Below, in pieces: positions 26,612 to 36,787 of a stretch of DNA of 64,000 nt. This DNA is from Gammaproteobacteria bacterium. GTDB lineage: Bacteria > Pseudomonadota > Gammaproteobacteria > Natronospirales > DASSBR01. Location of the stretch: contig DASSJY010000018.1 of assembly GCA_035690945.1 (NCBI GenBank), positions 48,590 to 112,589 on the forward strand, read 5' to 3'. The notes beneath the pieces were generated by a model. That model saw only the letters and a program-made list of their open reading frames with translations, did no database searches and was not told where the DNA came from. The position numbers and the translations under genes were made by a program. Numbering within the stretch: the first letter of the stretch is position 1; each line of letters starts with the position of its first letter.

Positions 26612-28765
26612 TCAGCAGACTTGCAGGTTCGCGTAACCGAGTACGAGCCACTTGGTGCCGACGTCGGCGAAGTTGACTTCAACCCGGGCTTGCGTACCGC
26701 TCCCCTCACAATTCAGCACCACGCCTTCGCCGAACTTGGGATGCAGCACGCGCTGCCCCAGGTTGAGGCCGCCCGGCAGCGGCTCGTTCGGGCTCGCACC
26801 GCGGTACAGCGGCCGCGATACCTGCACATTGGGGCGCACTTCGTCCACCTCGTCGGCGGGCAGTTCGCGCAGGAAGCGCGACGGCATCGCGTACGTTTCG
26901 CGCCCGTGCAGGCGGCGCTTCTCCGCGTAACTTAAATAGAGTGTCTGCATCGCACGCGTCATGCCGACGTAGGCGAGACGCCGCTCTTCCTCGATGCCGG
27001 CCGGATCCTCGATGGAACGCTGGTGCGGAAACAGGCCCTCTTCGAGGCCGGCGATGAATACCAGAGGAAATTCGAGGCCCTTGGCCGAGTGCAACGTCAT
27101 CAGTTGCACGGAATCCTCGCCGGCGTCGGCCTGGTTGTCGCCGGCTTCGAGCGCCGCCTGCGTCAGGAATGCCGTCAGCGGCGGCAGGTCCACTTCCGGA
27201 TCGGGCTCGAACAGGCGCGCGGCATTGACCAGTTCCTCGAGGTTCTCGACGCGCGCCTCGCCGCGCTCGCCTTTTTCCTGCCGGTAATGCTCAAGCAAGC
27301 CGCTGGTCTCGATGACGTGAGCGACCTGCTCGGCGAGCGGCAGCGTCGCGGTCTCCGCTGCCAGCCGGTCGACCAGATCAAGGAAGCCGGTCAGCGCGTT
27401 GCCGGCGCGCCCGCCCAACGCATCGTCCTCCACGAGGTGCCGTGAGGCGCTCCACAGCGAAACCCGCCGGTCGCGCGCCTCGGCACGCAACCGTTCAAGC
27501 GTGCGTGCGCCGATACCCCGCGCCGGCTGGTTTACCGCGCGCTCGAACGACGGGTCGTCGTCGCAGTTGGCTATCAGGCGCAGATACGCGAGCGCGTCCT
27601 TGATTTCGGCGCGTTCGAAGAAGCGCACACCGCCGTAGACACGGTATGGCACGCCCGCAACGATCAGCGCTTCTTCAAAGACGCGCGACTGCGCATTCGA
27701 GCGATACAGCACCGCCGCCTCGCGGCGCAGTCCGCCTTCCGCGGCCCAGCGCTGGACGCGCTCGACGACGAACGCCGCCTCGTCCTGTTCGTTGAACGCA
27801 GCATATATATGTACCGGCTCGCCGGCCGCGCCGGCGGTCCACAGATTCTTGCCGAGCCGGTCGCGGTTGTTGGCGATCAGCGTGTTGGCCGCGGTCAGGA
27901 TACGGCCGGTGGAGCGGTAATTCTGTTCGAGACGAATCGTCGTCAGACCTGGGAAATCCTTCTGCAACCGGTGCAGGTTCTCGATCTTCGCGCCGCGCCA
28001 GCCGTAGATCGATTGATCGTCGTCGCCGACGATGAACGGCTGTCCGGTCGTGCCGGCGAGCAGCCGCACCCACGCGTACTGGATCGCATTGGTGTCCTGG
28101 AACTCGTCGACGAGGATGTGCCGGAAACGCTCGCGGTAGTGCGCGAGCACCTCAGGGTTGTCGCGCCACAACTCGTGTGCGCGCAGCAGCAGTTCGGCGA
28201 AATCGACGCAGCCGGAGCGCTCGCAGGTCTCCTCGTAGGCGCGATAGACGCGTACCAGGTGGCGCCGGTAGGGATCGTCGCCTTCGGCAAGATGCGCCGC
28301 ACGCAGCCCCTCGTCCTTGCGCGCGTTGATGTACCACTGCATCTGCCGCGCGGGCCAGCGTGCCTCATCGATATCCATTTGCTTGAGGATGCGCTTGATG
28401 ATGCGCAACTGATCTTCGGAGTCGATGATCTGAAAATTCTGCGGCAGGCCGACATCGCGCCAGTGCGCGCGCAGCAACCGGTGGGCGATGCCGTGAAACG
28501 TGCCGACCCACAAATGACCCGTCGGCATGCCGAGCAGCGTCTCGATGCGCGACCGCATCTCGCCAGCCGCCTTGTTGGTGAACGTGACGGCGAGAATGCC
28601 GTAGGGCGACACGCCCTGCACCCGGATCAACCACGCGATGCGGTGCACCAGCACCCGCGTCTTGCCGCTGCCGGCGCCGGCCAGCACCAGCAGCGGGCCC
28701 GGGTCCGCGGTGACGGCTTTACGCTGGGCGTCGTTGAGGGGCTGAAGGATAGACGTGACATCCAT
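26612..28765 (-). CDS. uvrD: DNA helicase II (UvrD)
   Basis: Start set at ATG 28765 (MDVTSILQPLNDAQRKAV). 'VLAGAGSGKT', 'ILVDEFQDTN' and 'VTFTNKAAGEM' are SF1 helicase motifs. About 717 aa. Confidence 0.95.
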   Translation of the reverse strand: MDVTSILQPLNDAQRKAVTADPGPLLVLAGAGSGKTRVLVHRIAWLIRVQGVSPYGILAVTFTNKAAGEMRSRIETLLGMPTGHLWVGTFHGIAHRLLRAHWRDVGLPQNFQIIDSEDQLRIIKRILKQMDIDEARWPARQMQWYINARKDEGLRAAHLAEGDDPYRRHLVRVYRAYEETCERSGCVDFAELLLRAHELWRDNPEVLAHYRERFRHILVDEFQDTNAIQYAWVRLLAGTTGQPFIVGDDDQSIYGWRGAKIENLHRLQKDFPGLTTIRLEQNYRSTGRILTAANTLIANNRDRLGKNLWTAGAAGEPVHIYAAFNEQDEAAFVVERVQRWAAEGGLRREAAVLYRSNAQSRVFEEALIVAGVPYRVYGGVRFFERAEIKDALAYLRLIANCDDDPSFERAVNQPARGIGARTLERLRAEARDRRVSLWSASRHLVEDDALGGRAGNALTGFLDLVDRLAAETATLPLAEQVAHVIETSGLLEHYRQEKGERGEARVENLEELVNAARLFEPDPEVDLPPLTAFLTQAALEAGDNQADAGEDSVQLMTLHSAKGLEFPLVFIAGLEEGLFPHQRSIEDPAGIEEERRLAYVGMTRAMQTLYLSYAEKRRLHGRETYAMPSRFLRELPADEVDEVRPNVQVSRPLYRGASPNEPLPGGLNLGQRVLHPKFGEGVVLNCEGSGTQARVEVNFADVGTKWLVLGYANLQVC

Positions 28766-28839
28766 CCGACCGATTTTATCAGACTGCGCCACGCCCCCTG
28801 GTGGCGCGTAGAATAGACTCAAACAACACGGGCAACGGG

Positions 28840-29328
28840 ATGACCAATCATCTGAGCTTCTTCGGCAACTGGGCCGGCCAGATCGACCTGCTGATCCAGA
28901 TCGTCTGCGCGATGGTGCTGGGCGCGGCACTGGGGCTGGAACGTGAGCGCGCGCACAAGCCGGCCGGCTTTCGCACGCTGGTGCTGATCGCCGGCAGCAC
29001 GACGCTGCTGGTCGGACTGGCCCGCGTAATGACCGCCGATTTCGGCGCGATCTTCCCGACCGGCCTCGCCCGCGCCGATCCGGTGCGCGTCATCCAGTCG
29101 ATCGTCACCGCTGTCGGCTTTCTCGGCGCCGGCACCATCTTCCGCCGCAAGGATGACGACATGGTCGAGGGCCTGACCACCGCCGCGACCGTGCTGCTCG
29201 CGGCGGCTGTCGGTATCGCCTGCGCGCTCAACCAGTTCATCGTCGCCATTGGAGTGACGGTTATCGCGTTGATCGTGCTGCGCGCGCTGAGCGTGGTCGA
29301 GCGCGCGCGGCGGCACGCCAGGAAATAG
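28840..29328 (+). CDS. MgtC/SapB family membrane protein
   Basis: 'GAALGLERERAHKPAGFRTLVLIAGSTTLL' is the MgtC-family signature. Start at ATG 28840 (an upstream GTG at 28801 is possible). Confidence 0.8.
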   Translation: MTNHLSFFGNWAGQIDLLIQIVCAMVLGAALGLERERAHKPAGFRTLVLIAGSTTLLVGLARVMTADFGAIFPTGLARADPVRVIQSIVTAVGFLGAGTIFRRKDDDMVEGLTTAATVLLAAAVGIACALNQFIVAIGVTVIALIVLRALSVVERARRHARK

Positions 29329-29366
29329 GTGACCGCCGGAAACGAAGCATCCGGCGCCACAACCCA

Positions 29367-30344
29367 TCAAAGCAGGTCTTTAATTCCCTCGCGCTCTTCG
29401 CGCAACTCCCGCTCGGTCGCCTGCATCTTTTCGTGGCTGAACTCGTCGACGTCGAGCCCCTGCACGATCTTGTACTCGCCGCCGCTGCACGTCACTGGAT
29501 ACGAATAGATGACGCCCGGCTGGATGCCGTAGCTGCCGTCACTCGCGACTGCCATGCTGGTCCAGTCGCCGTCCGCCGTGCCCAGTGCCCAGAGGCGCAT
29601 GTGGTCGATCGCCGCGGCCGCCGCGGACGCCGCCGACGAGGCGCCGCGCGCCTGGATGATCGCCGCGCCGCGCTTTTGCACTGTCGATATAAAGGTATCC
29701 CGGAACCAGCCCTGATCGACCACGTCCGCCGCTGGCTTGCCGTCGATCTCGGCGTGGTGGATATCTGGATACTGCGTGGAGGAATGATTGCCCCAGATGA
29801 TCATCTTCCTGACCGCCGTCACCGGCTTGCCGGCCTTGGCGGCAAGCTGCGCCAGCGCGCGATTGTGGTCGAGCCGCGTCATCGCGGTGAACTGGTGGTC
29901 GCCAAGATCGGGCGCGTTGCTGCGCGCGATCAGCGCATTGGTATTCGCCGGATTGCCGACCACCAGCACGCGCACGTCGCGGCTCGCGTGATCGTTGAGC
30001 GCCTTGCCCTGCGGGCCGAAAATCTTTGCATTCTCCTGCAGCAGATCCTTGCGCTCCATCCCCGCGCCGCGCGGCTTAGCGCCGACCAGCAGCGCGTAAT
30101 CGGCATCCTTGAACGCTTCCTCGGCCTTGTCTGTCGCGATCGCATCGACCAGCAGCGGGAACGCGCAGTCGCGCAACTCCATCACCACGCCCTTAAGCGC
30201 ATCGAGTGCCGGCGTAATTTCCAGCAGTTGCAGGATCACCGGCTGATCCTTGCCGAGCATTTCGCCGGATGCGATGCGAAACACCAGCGCATAGCCGATA
30301 TGGCCGGCGGCGCCGGTGATTGCGATGCGGACGGGGTCTTTCAT
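29367..30344 (-). CDS. mdh: Malate dehydrogenase
   Basis: '[27 protein letters not shown]' and '[13 protein letters not shown]' match the LDH-like MDH family. ATG 30344 is preferred over the TTG at 30356. Confidence 0.95.
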   Translation of the reverse strand: MKDPVRIAITGAAGHIGYALVFRIASGEMLGKDQPVILQLLEITPALDALKGVVMELRDCAFPLLVDAIATDKAEEAFKDADYALLVGAKPRGAGMERKDLLQENAKIFGPQGKALNDHASRDVRVLVVGNPANTNALIARSNAPDLGDHQFTAMTRLDHNRALAQLAAKAGKPVTAVRKMIIWGNHSSTQYPDIHHAEIDGKPAADVVDQGWFRDTFISTVQKRGAAIIQARGASSAASAAAAAIDHMRLWALGTADGDWTSMAVASDGSYGIQPGVIYSYPVTCSGGEYKIVQGLDVDEFSHEKMQATERELREEREGIKDLL

Positions 30345-30533
30345 GGTGCGCTCCAATGCAGATTCTTACGGAAGGTAAAACGATAATTTTAACATTCATG
30401 GCCGACAAAAAATTTTACGTCGAGGTCTTGCAATTTCAGATTTTGGCGTTATAGTTATCTACAACACCGCTATGGAACCGCGGTGGGGCGGCGCAACTTG
30501 AGCGGCCGCAACATTGGTTCAGGAGACAAGGCC

Positions 30534-30911
30534 ATGAAAACAGACAGTTTTTACAGAACGGCGGTCGCTGCGGCGGCCATTCTCTGCATTGGCGGCTTTT
30601 CGGTTTCGCGCGCCCGGGCGGCGGACACGCTCGCCCACTCGATGAACACGCTGACCCGCGCCGCGGTGGCGCAGATCAAGGCGGATCAGATCCGGGATCT
30701 GCATCGGCAGGCCGCTGCCGTTATCGCGGCAGCGCCACATCGTCCCCTCCGCCGCCACGAGGCGCGTAAGGTTATCGCCAGCCGCTCGCCCCGGCCGACC
30801 GAACGCGCGGTGCTGGATATGTTGCGTTCAGTCACGGAGAATGCGGCCTTCGACTGGCTACCGGAAATTTCGTTGCAAAGCCTGCTGCCGCACGACTTGA
30901 TCCGGCCATAA
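30534..30911 (+). CDS. Hypothetical secreted protein
   Basis: ATG 30534 is preceded by AGGAGA. Signal peptide 'AAAAILCIGGFSVSRARA'. No family recognised. Confidence 0.45.
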   Translation: MKTDSFYRTAVAAAAILCIGGFSVSRARAADTLAHSMNTLTRAAVAQIKADQIRDLHRQAAAVIAAAPHRPLRRHEARKVIASRSPRPTERAVLDMLRSVTENAAFDWLPEISLQSLLPHDLIRP

Positions 30912-30923
30912 AGGCACCTGCCC

Positions 30924-31298
30924 ATGGACCCGAACTGGAACGACAACCAACCGATATACCGTCAACTCAGGGATCGGGTTGTGGCGATGATTCTTGAGGA
31001 CGCCCTGAGCGAAGGCGACGCGCTGCCGTCGGTACGTACGGTGGCGGCCGAATACCAACTCAACCCGCTGACGGTACTCAAGGGGTACCAGGAGCTGGTG
31101 GATGAGGATTTGGTCGAGAAGCGCCGCGGCCTCGGCATGTTTGTGCGCGAAGGCGCGCGCAAACGGCTGCTGAAGGCCGAGCGCGAACAGTTTCTCAACC
31201 GCGAGTGGCCCGATATCGTGGCACGCATCGGCCGCCTCGAACTCGATTGGCAGAAGCTGGCGGCGGATTTAAAAAAAGCGGCGGGAGACAAGCAATGA
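30924..31298 (+). CDS. GntR family (YtrA-subfamily-like) transcriptional regulator
   Basis: 'PIYRQLRDRVVAMILEDALSEGDALPSVRTVAAEYQLNPLTVLKGYQELVDEDLVEKRRGLGMFV' is a GntR wHTH. Short effector tail. ATGA overlap with the following ABC ATPase. Confidence 0.85.
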   Translation: MDPNWNDNQPIYRQLRDRVVAMILEDALSEGDALPSVRTVAAEYQLNPLTVLKGYQELVDEDLVEKRRGLGMFVREGARKRLLKAEREQFLNREWPDIVARIGRLELDWQKLAADLKKAAGDKQ

Positions 31299-32149
31299 GT
31301 ACGCTGATAACTGCACGCAATCTCGGCAAGCGCTACGGCGATACCGTCGCGCTCGACGACGTGAATTTCCAGATCGACAGCGGCGCGATCGTCGGCCTGA
31401 TCGGCCCGAACGGCGCCGGCAAGACTACCGCGCTGAAAGCGATCCTCGGCCTGACGCGCTACTCCGGCGAACTCGACGTGCTCGGCCGCGATCCCCGCCG
31501 CCAGCGCACCGACCTGATGCGGGACGTCTCGTTCGTAGCCGACGTGGCGGTGCTGCCGCGCTGGTTGAAGGTCGCGAACGCCATCGACTTCGTCGCCGCG
31601 GTGCATCCGAATTTCCGCCGCGACAAGGCCACGCAGTTTCTGGGCCGTACGAAAATCCGCCCGGACCGCAAGGTCGGCCAGCTTTCCAAGGGCATGGTCG
31701 CGCAATTGCATCTCGCGCTGGTGATGGCGATTGACGCACGCCTGCTGGTGCTCGACGAGCCGACGCTGGGCCTCGACATCCTGTATCGCAAGCAGTTCTA
31801 CTCGAGCCTGCTGAACGAGTACTTCGACGAGCAGCGCACGATCATCGTGACTACCCACCAGGTCGAGGAGCTGGAGCGGATTCTCACGCACCTGATGTTC
31901 ATCAACGACGGACGCATCGTGCTCGACGAGTCGATGGATGCGATCGGCGACAAGTACGCCGAACTGCTGACCGGGCCGGAGCATGTCGACGCGGTGCGAG
32001 AACTCGGTCCGATTCACGAACACATGGTATTCGGCAAGCACCTGTTCCTGTTCGAGGGACAAAGCGCGGCGCGGCTCCGTGAATTCGGCGAGTTGCACAG
32101 CCCGAGCATCGCTGACCTGTTCGTGGCCAAGATGGGGGACGGCAAATGA
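31295..32149 (+). CDS. ABC transporter ATP-binding protein
   Basis: Start at ATG 31295. Walker A 'GPNGAGKTT', signature 'LSKGMVAQL', Walker B 'LLVLDEPT'. Confidence 0.9.
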   Translation: MSTLITARNLGKRYGDTVALDDVNFQIDSGAIVGLIGPNGAGKTTALKAILGLTRYSGELDVLGRDPRRQRTDLMRDVSFVADVAVLPRWLKVANAIDFVAAVHPNFRRDKATQFLGRTKIRPDRKVGQLSKGMVAQLHLALVMAIDARLLVLDEPTLGLDILYRKQFYSSLLNEYFDEQRTIIVTTHQVEELERILTHLMFINDGRIVLDESMDAIGDKYAELLTGPEHVDAVRELGPIHEHMVFGKHLFLFEGQSAARLREFGELHSPSIADLFVAKMGDGK

Positions 32150-33066
32150 AAACCTTTATCTGGCTGGTCAAGCGCGAGCTGTGGGAGAACAAAGGTTTCT
32201 GGCTGGTGCCGGTAGTGATCACGGTACTGCTGGTGCTCGCGTACATCGCCGGCATCGTGTTTACCTGGGTGCACGGCATCCACGTCATAATCAACGGCCA
32301 CCCGGCATCCTCACTCGCGACTCTGGCGGCGACGCATCCGGACGATGCGCGCAAGGGGCTGTTTATTTTCTACGTCGTGCTGGCGTCACTATTTAACATC
32401 GTACTGATCTTCATGATGGTGCGTTACCTGCTCGGCTGCCTGTACGACGACAGGCGTGACCGCAGCATCCTCTTTTGGCGTTCGCTGCCGGTGTCCGATG
32501 CTGCCACGACGCTGTCGAAGCTCGCGGTGGTAATGGTCATCGCACCACTTGCAACATTCTCATGCCTGTTGGTGGCTCAATTGATCGGTACCGGCGCCCT
32601 CTCCGCGATTGCGACCCAGTCCGGCGTCAGCGCGACCGCGGTCGTCTGGGGGCAAAGCCATCTGGGCGGCATCTGGGCCTTTCTGATTGTCGGCTTTCTG
32701 GTTCAGTCGCTGTGGTACCTGCCGTTTTACGGCTGGTGCCTGATGGCCTCGGCCTGGGCGCGGCGTGCGCCCTTCCTGTGGGCGGCAGTGCCCATACTGG
32801 TCGGCGGCATTGTCGAAGGCATCCTGTTCCAGACCAACCACTTCTTTACGCTGGTAGGGCTGCACGCCGCGAGTATCGTGCCGGGGATCGGCGCAAATAT
32901 AAACATTGGCGCTACCGAGTACGTTCATCTGGGAAATGTCGGATTCTCGATGCACACGCTCGCGACGACGCTCGGCAGTGCTAGCATGTGGATCGGCGTC
33001 GGCTTCGGCATCGTCTTCGTCGCCGCGGCCAGCGCGATCCGGCGCTGGCGCGCCGAGGACTATTGA
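32146..33066 (+). CDS. ABC-2-type/YtrC-like membrane permease component
   Basis: 306-aa polytopic membrane protein, overlapping the ATPase gene by 4 nt. Typical GntR(YtrA)-ABC-permease operon layout. Confidence 0.6.
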   Translation: MKTFIWLVKRELWENKGFWLVPVVITVLLVLAYIAGIVFTWVHGIHVIINGHPASSLATLAATHPDDARKGLFIFYVVLASLFNIVLIFMMVRYLLGCLYDDRRDRSILFWRSLPVSDAATTLSKLAVVMVIAPLATFSCLLVAQLIGTGALSAIATQSGVSATAVVWGQSHLGGIWAFLIVGFLVQSLWYLPFYGWCLMASAWARRAPFLWAAVPILVGGIVEGILFQTNHFFTLVGLHAASIVPGIGANINIGATEYVHLGNVGFSMHTLATTLGSASMWIGVGFGIVFVAAASAIRRWRAEDY

Positions 33067-33074
33067 GACAGACA

Positions 33075-33458
33075 ATGAGTAGTGTGACCATGAATCGCCT
33101 CGCCCGGCGGGCAATACCGCTCGCCGGCGCGGCCTCACTGCTGATGCTGCTCGCCGGCTGCGTCGTCGCGCTGGATGGCAACTCGCATCCGAAAACCTAC
33201 ACGACCGGCCAGTGGATTCAGCACCAGGCGCAACAGACCAATGCCGAGCGCGGCCTGGCGAGCCGGGTCGCCGCAGCGATCGACGACGACCCGCTGCTGA
33301 GCCAGCTGGATATCAGCGTCCGCGTCACCGACGGCATCGTCACGCTGACCGGCCAAGTCTTCGATCTTGCTACATATCAGCACGCGATTCAGGTCGTCCA
33401 GAAGGTCGATGGCGTCCAGCGCGTGGTGTCCAGAATCGAACTCGATCTCGGTGAATAG
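33075..33458 (+). CDS. BON domain lipoprotein (OsmY-like)
   Basis: ATG 33075. Lipobox 'LMLLAGC'. 'ISVRVTDGIVTLTGQVFDLATYQHAIQVVQKVDGVQRVVSRIEL' is a BON domain. Confidence 0.75.
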   Translation: MSSVTMNRLARRAIPLAGAASLLMLLAGCVVALDGNSHPKTYTTGQWIQHQAQQTNAERGLASRVAAAIDDDPLLSQLDISVRVTDGIVTLTGQVFDLATYQHAIQVVQKVDGVQRVVSRIELDLGE

Positions 33459-33545
33459 TTAAATTCGTGGACTGGCGCATGGATTGTGCCGCGGTCCAGG
33501 CGCTAGGCTGTCGATGAATGGAACACACGTAGCAGGAGGCGCGTT

Positions 33546-33746
33546 ATGGACTGGGACAGAGTCGAGGGCAACTGGAAGCAATTCAAAGGCCAGGCCCGCC
33601 AGAAATGGGGCAAGCTCACCGACGACGAGTGGGACCAGATCGCCGGCAACCGTGAGCGGCTGGCCGGCAAACTGCAGGAAAAGTACGGCTACTCCAAGGA
33701 TATGGCCGACAAGCAGATCAACGAGTTTGGCCAGAGCCTTCACTGA
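33546..33746 (+). CDS. CsbD family stress-response protein
   Basis: 'GNWKQFKGQARQKWGKLTDDEWDQIAGNRERLAGKLQEKYGYSKD' is the CsbD signature. AGGAGG lies 8 nt upstream. Confidence 0.9.
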   Translation: MDWDRVEGNWKQFKGQARQKWGKLTDDEWDQIAGNRERLAGKLQEKYGYSKDMADKQINEFGQSLH

Positions 33747-34062
33747 GATCGGGCGTAGGCGGGTGGTCGATCACCGTCATGTGGTCGACCACCCGCTCAA
33801 CCCCGCTCACCGCACGCGTGGTGGCGAGCGCGCGTTGCCGTACTGCCTGGCTGGGCACGAATCCGCTTAGCTTCACCACCCGGTCGAACGTGCGGACGTC
33901 GATCCTGTTCGCCGGCAGGTTCGCGCCGGCGAGTTGTGCATTGACGTGCATCGTAGTCATCGCATCCTGGACGTAATGATAGGGGCCGCTGGTCGAAGCG
34001 CAGCCGGCACTCAACAACAACGTCCCAAGCATCGCCATACCGGCCGTAAAACGAACTTTCAT
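33718..34062 (-). CDS. BON domain lipoprotein
   Basis: Lipobox 'LLLSAGC'. 'IDVRTFDRVVKLSGFVPSQAVRQRALATTRAVSGVERVVDHMTV' is a BON domain. Its 3' end overlaps csbD convergently by 29 nt. Confidence 0.7.
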   Translation of the reverse strand: MKVRFTAGMAMLGTLLLSAGCASTSGPYHYVQDAMTTMHVNAQLAGANLPANRIDVRTFDRVVKLSGFVPSQAVRQRALATTRAVSGVERVVDHMTVIDHPPTPDLSEGSGQTR

Positions 34063-34064
34063 CT

Positions 34065-34622
34065 CTATCTCCCGGCTGGGGCGCTGCCCGCGGTCCAGCG
34101 CCGCGTATTCAGAATCTGGTCGATCTCGACTACGAGCTCGGCGAGCGCCGGCGGGGCGCTGCGGCAGCCGTAATCATAATGGATAACTTTGGTCCGCTTG
34201 TTGCGGGTGACGCCGATCACTACCTGCGGCTTGCCGCGCTCGGGCGCTTCGCAGCCGGTGCCGCCGGGATGGTAGACGTCGGCGATGGAGAAAAAATCGG
34301 CTTGCACCACCGCCCGGTACAGTGCCCGGAGTTGCTGGTCGGACGCCTGGGCGGTGACGGAGCCCGTCGTCGCCACGTTCTTGTCGCCGGCATATCGTAT
34401 TTTGTGCGAATCACCCTTTACCAGGACCGCGTAGGCTGCGCAACCGCCGATGCAGGGCTGGTGATGCAGGAACACCTGAAAGCCGTGCAGCGCATCCGGC
34501 GGGATCGGCCCGGGCTGCTGGCGGGCCGCCTGTTGCCGGGGCATGGCAATCCAGTACAGCGCGCCGGCCAGAACGATGATGATCGCTACCCGGACCAGCA
34601 GAAAAAAGGTGTTGCGCGGCAT
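34065..34622 (-). CDS. Hypothetical membrane-anchored protein with four conserved-looking Cys
   Basis: N-terminal TM 'FFLLVRVAIIIVLAGALYWI', then 'HHQPCIGGCAAY', 'GGTGCEAP' and 'YDYGCRS'. No family assigned with confidence. Confidence 0.45.
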   Translation of the reverse strand: MPRNTFFLLVRVAIIIVLAGALYWIAMPRQQAARQQPGPIPPDALHGFQVFLHHQPCIGGCAAYAVLVKGDSHKIRYAGDKNVATTGSVTAQASDQQLRALYRAVVQADFFSIADVYHPGGTGCEAPERGKPQVVIGVTRNKRTKVIHYDYGCRSAPPALAELVVEIDQILNTRRWTAGSAPAGR

Positions 34623-34625
34623 GTC

Positions 34626-35153
34626 TCAGGGCGCCAGATCGGCCTGTGCCTGGCGGTGCAGTTCACCTGCGTGCGCGCGAATCGCCGCCGCTTCGCCTGG
34701 CGCGAGCGCAACCTTGCGCCCGTTCAACGTCTTGGCGGCGCGCGTCACGCGGCCGGTGCCGTCGAACGCAATTTGCACATCGATCTGCGCCGGGTGGGGG
34801 TTGACCACGTCTTCACTGCCCGCGCTACCCTGGCCGTGAAAGTAGAACAGCCCGCGCGCGTCATAGTAGTACTTGTTGACGGCATAGCCTTGGGTACGCT
34901 CGCCGCCCGCCGTCTCCATGATGTAACGTACGCGGCCGTGATCGAAATACGCGTGATAGATCGACGCGGTGTCCTCGCTCTGCCAGTGACCGGCAACTTC
35001 GTGAAGTTGCGGCAGCCGGGCGGTAATTGCGCTGACTTCGGCACGCACCGCTTCGGGACCCGCGGTCTGTGGCTGCGCAGGCTCGCGCGACTGCGTGGCA
35101 CAGGCGGCCAGCAACACCGCGGCCGCAATGGGGGCGATACGAACAAATTTCAT
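34626..35153 (-). CDS. Hypothetical lipoprotein
   Basis: ATG 35153 (MKFVRIAPIAAAVLLAAC, lipobox L-A-A-C). There are 3 nt between its stop and the next gene's start. No family recognised. Confidence 0.5.
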   Translation of the reverse strand: MKFVRIAPIAAAVLLAACATQSREPAQPQTAGPEAVRAEVSAITARLPQLHEVAGHWQSEDTASIYHAYFDHGRVRYIMETAGGERTQGYAVNKYYYDARGLFYFHGQGSAGSEDVVNPHPAQIDVQIAFDGTGRVTRAAKTLNGRKVALAPGEAAAIRAHAGELHRQAQADLAP

Positions 35154-35216
35154 GGCTGCCATGATACCCAATCCCGCTCGCCCGGCACGAATAGCCGCGC
35201 CACGTATCCGGTCAGA

Positions 35217-35735
35217 TTAATGCTGCTTCTGCAGGGCAACCTGCACAACCCGCCACTTCTCCAGCTTCTGCTCCCGCGTCAGAGCGGCATTGGCCGGGCT
35301 GGTGGAGGGCAGCGTTCGATAATCCAGTGCCTGCAGACGCTGCGGCAAATCCGGCAGCACCATTCGCTCGTAGAGTGCCGCGGCGGTCTTGCCGTTAAAG
35401 AATACTGAATGAATGCGGGAGCAATGGGAAAACAGGCTGGCGAAGTCGTTGGCCACCACCGACTCGCGCGCGATGCTCGCGTCAAGACTGCCGGGACGAA
35501 AGCAGCGGCCGGCGACGTCCCAGAGGGCAATGCGGTGACGGCGCAGCCTGGCGAGACGTGTGCTGTACGGTAGTTCGCGTCCGGCGCCGAACAACGCACC
35601 CATGATGGGCCAGAAGCTGTTGCGTGGATGGGCGTAATACTGCTTCTGGCGCAGCGATTCGACGCCGGGCATCGAACCCAGGATCAGCACGCGCGCCCGG
35701 GTGTTGGCCGAGCAATCGAAACTTTCCACGATCAT
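35217..35735 (-). CDS. DNA-deoxyinosine (hypoxanthine) glycosylase, UDG superfamily
   Basis: 'RVLILGSMPGVESLRQKQYYAHPRNSFWPIMGALFG' matches the TIGR04274-type hypoxanthine-DNA glycosylase pattern. Confidence 0.7.
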   Translation of the reverse strand: MIVESFDCSANTRARVLILGSMPGVESLRQKQYYAHPRNSFWPIMGALFGAGRELPYSTRLARLRRHRIALWDVAGRCFRPGSLDASIARESVVANDFASLFSHCSRIHSVFFNGKTAAALYERMVLPDLPQRLQALDYRTLPSTSPANAALTREQKLEKWRVVQVALQKQH

Positions 35736-36652
35736 GCCGCGTGACGACGGGCGCGAAAGGCGGTCTTAATGAACAAGAGCACCTGCCACAAGTTTTGTCC
35801 GGCGCAGCGCACAAGCGACGTGCACCAGCGCTGGCGCGTCGACCAGGTTTGCGCCCGCCACGACTGCAGCCAGCTTCGGGCCACGGCACTCAGATCGAGC
35901 CGGCCGTTCCTGCGCGGGTGCGCGTATAGCGCGGGCACCTGCTTCAGGAAAGCTTCGTTCTCCGATCTCCATGCCACCATGATAAACGCCATGAACAAAT
36001 AGACACTCCACGGTCCGAGCGCCTCAAAACGACGTGCCGAGGTCGTGAGCCGGCCCGGCAGCGTAATCCAGCTCCCGGCCGCAAACACGCGGTCAGCAAA
36101 ATCCTGATCCTCCAGAAATGCTCTGCTTTCATCGAAACCGCCCAGCGAGTCGAAAAAGCGGCGCGACAGCAGCATGCCATGGTCGCCGTTAATCGTGGCG
36201 GGGCGGTTGAGTGCGGTTTTGGCTTCCATGTAGCGGAATATCAGCCCGTGCCGCGCCCGATTGCGCTCGAAGCGCAGCGGGAAATGCCCGGCGATGCGAT
36301 CGTGCCCGACTTGCTTTTGCGCCACGGCCAGCGCGCCGATGGCGTCGGCCAGCAGTTGCGGCTCATGGAGTTGCGAATCCGCGTGCAGAAACAGCAGCCA
36401 GCCGGCGCGGCTCAGGCGGGCGGCCGCATTCATCTGCGCGCCCCGGCCGCGCGTCCCCGCCGCGACGCGCACTGCTGCCGGCAACGTGTGCAACGACCCA
36501 TCGGTGGAGCCGCCGTCGGCGACGATGATGTCGAGCGTCACGTCGCGCTGCGCGCCCAGTTGCGCCAGCAGCCGCGGCAGGCGGACGGCTTCGTTCAACG
36601 TCGGAACGCACACCGATACAATGGGCGCTTGCTTGGGGTCGAGCTCGTTCAT
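35732..36652 (-). CDS. Family 2 glycosyltransferase with a C-terminal extension
   Basis: 'VSVCVPTLNEAVRLPRLLAQL...DIIVADGGSTDGS' is the GT-A/GT2 N-terminal motif. 4-nt overlap with the downstream glycosylase gene. Confidence 0.7.
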   Translation of the reverse strand: MNELDPKQAPIVSVCVPTLNEAVRLPRLLAQLGAQRDVTLDIIVADGGSTDGSLHTLPAAVRVAAGTRGRGAQMNAAARLSRAGWLLFLHADSQLHEPQLLADAIGALAVAQKQVGHDRIAGHFPLRFERNRARHGLIFRYMEAKTALNRPATINGDHGMLLSRRFFDSLGGFDESRAFLEDQDFADRVFAAGSWITLPGRLTTSARRFEALGPWSVYLFMAFIMVAWRSENEAFLKQVPALYAHPRRNGRLDLSAVARSWLQSWRAQTWSTRQRWCTSLVRCAGQNLWQVLLFIKTAFRARRHAA

Positions 36653-36787
36653 GACCGATCCATTCTATCTGCTGCGGCTTGCTGCGGCCGGCATGACCGA
36701 TCTGTCCGCCCGCGGCGGCTCGGGCTCGGAATAAGCCAGGCTTCCCTGCTATAGTCCGCTAACGAATTCGACAAATCGGAGAAAGCC

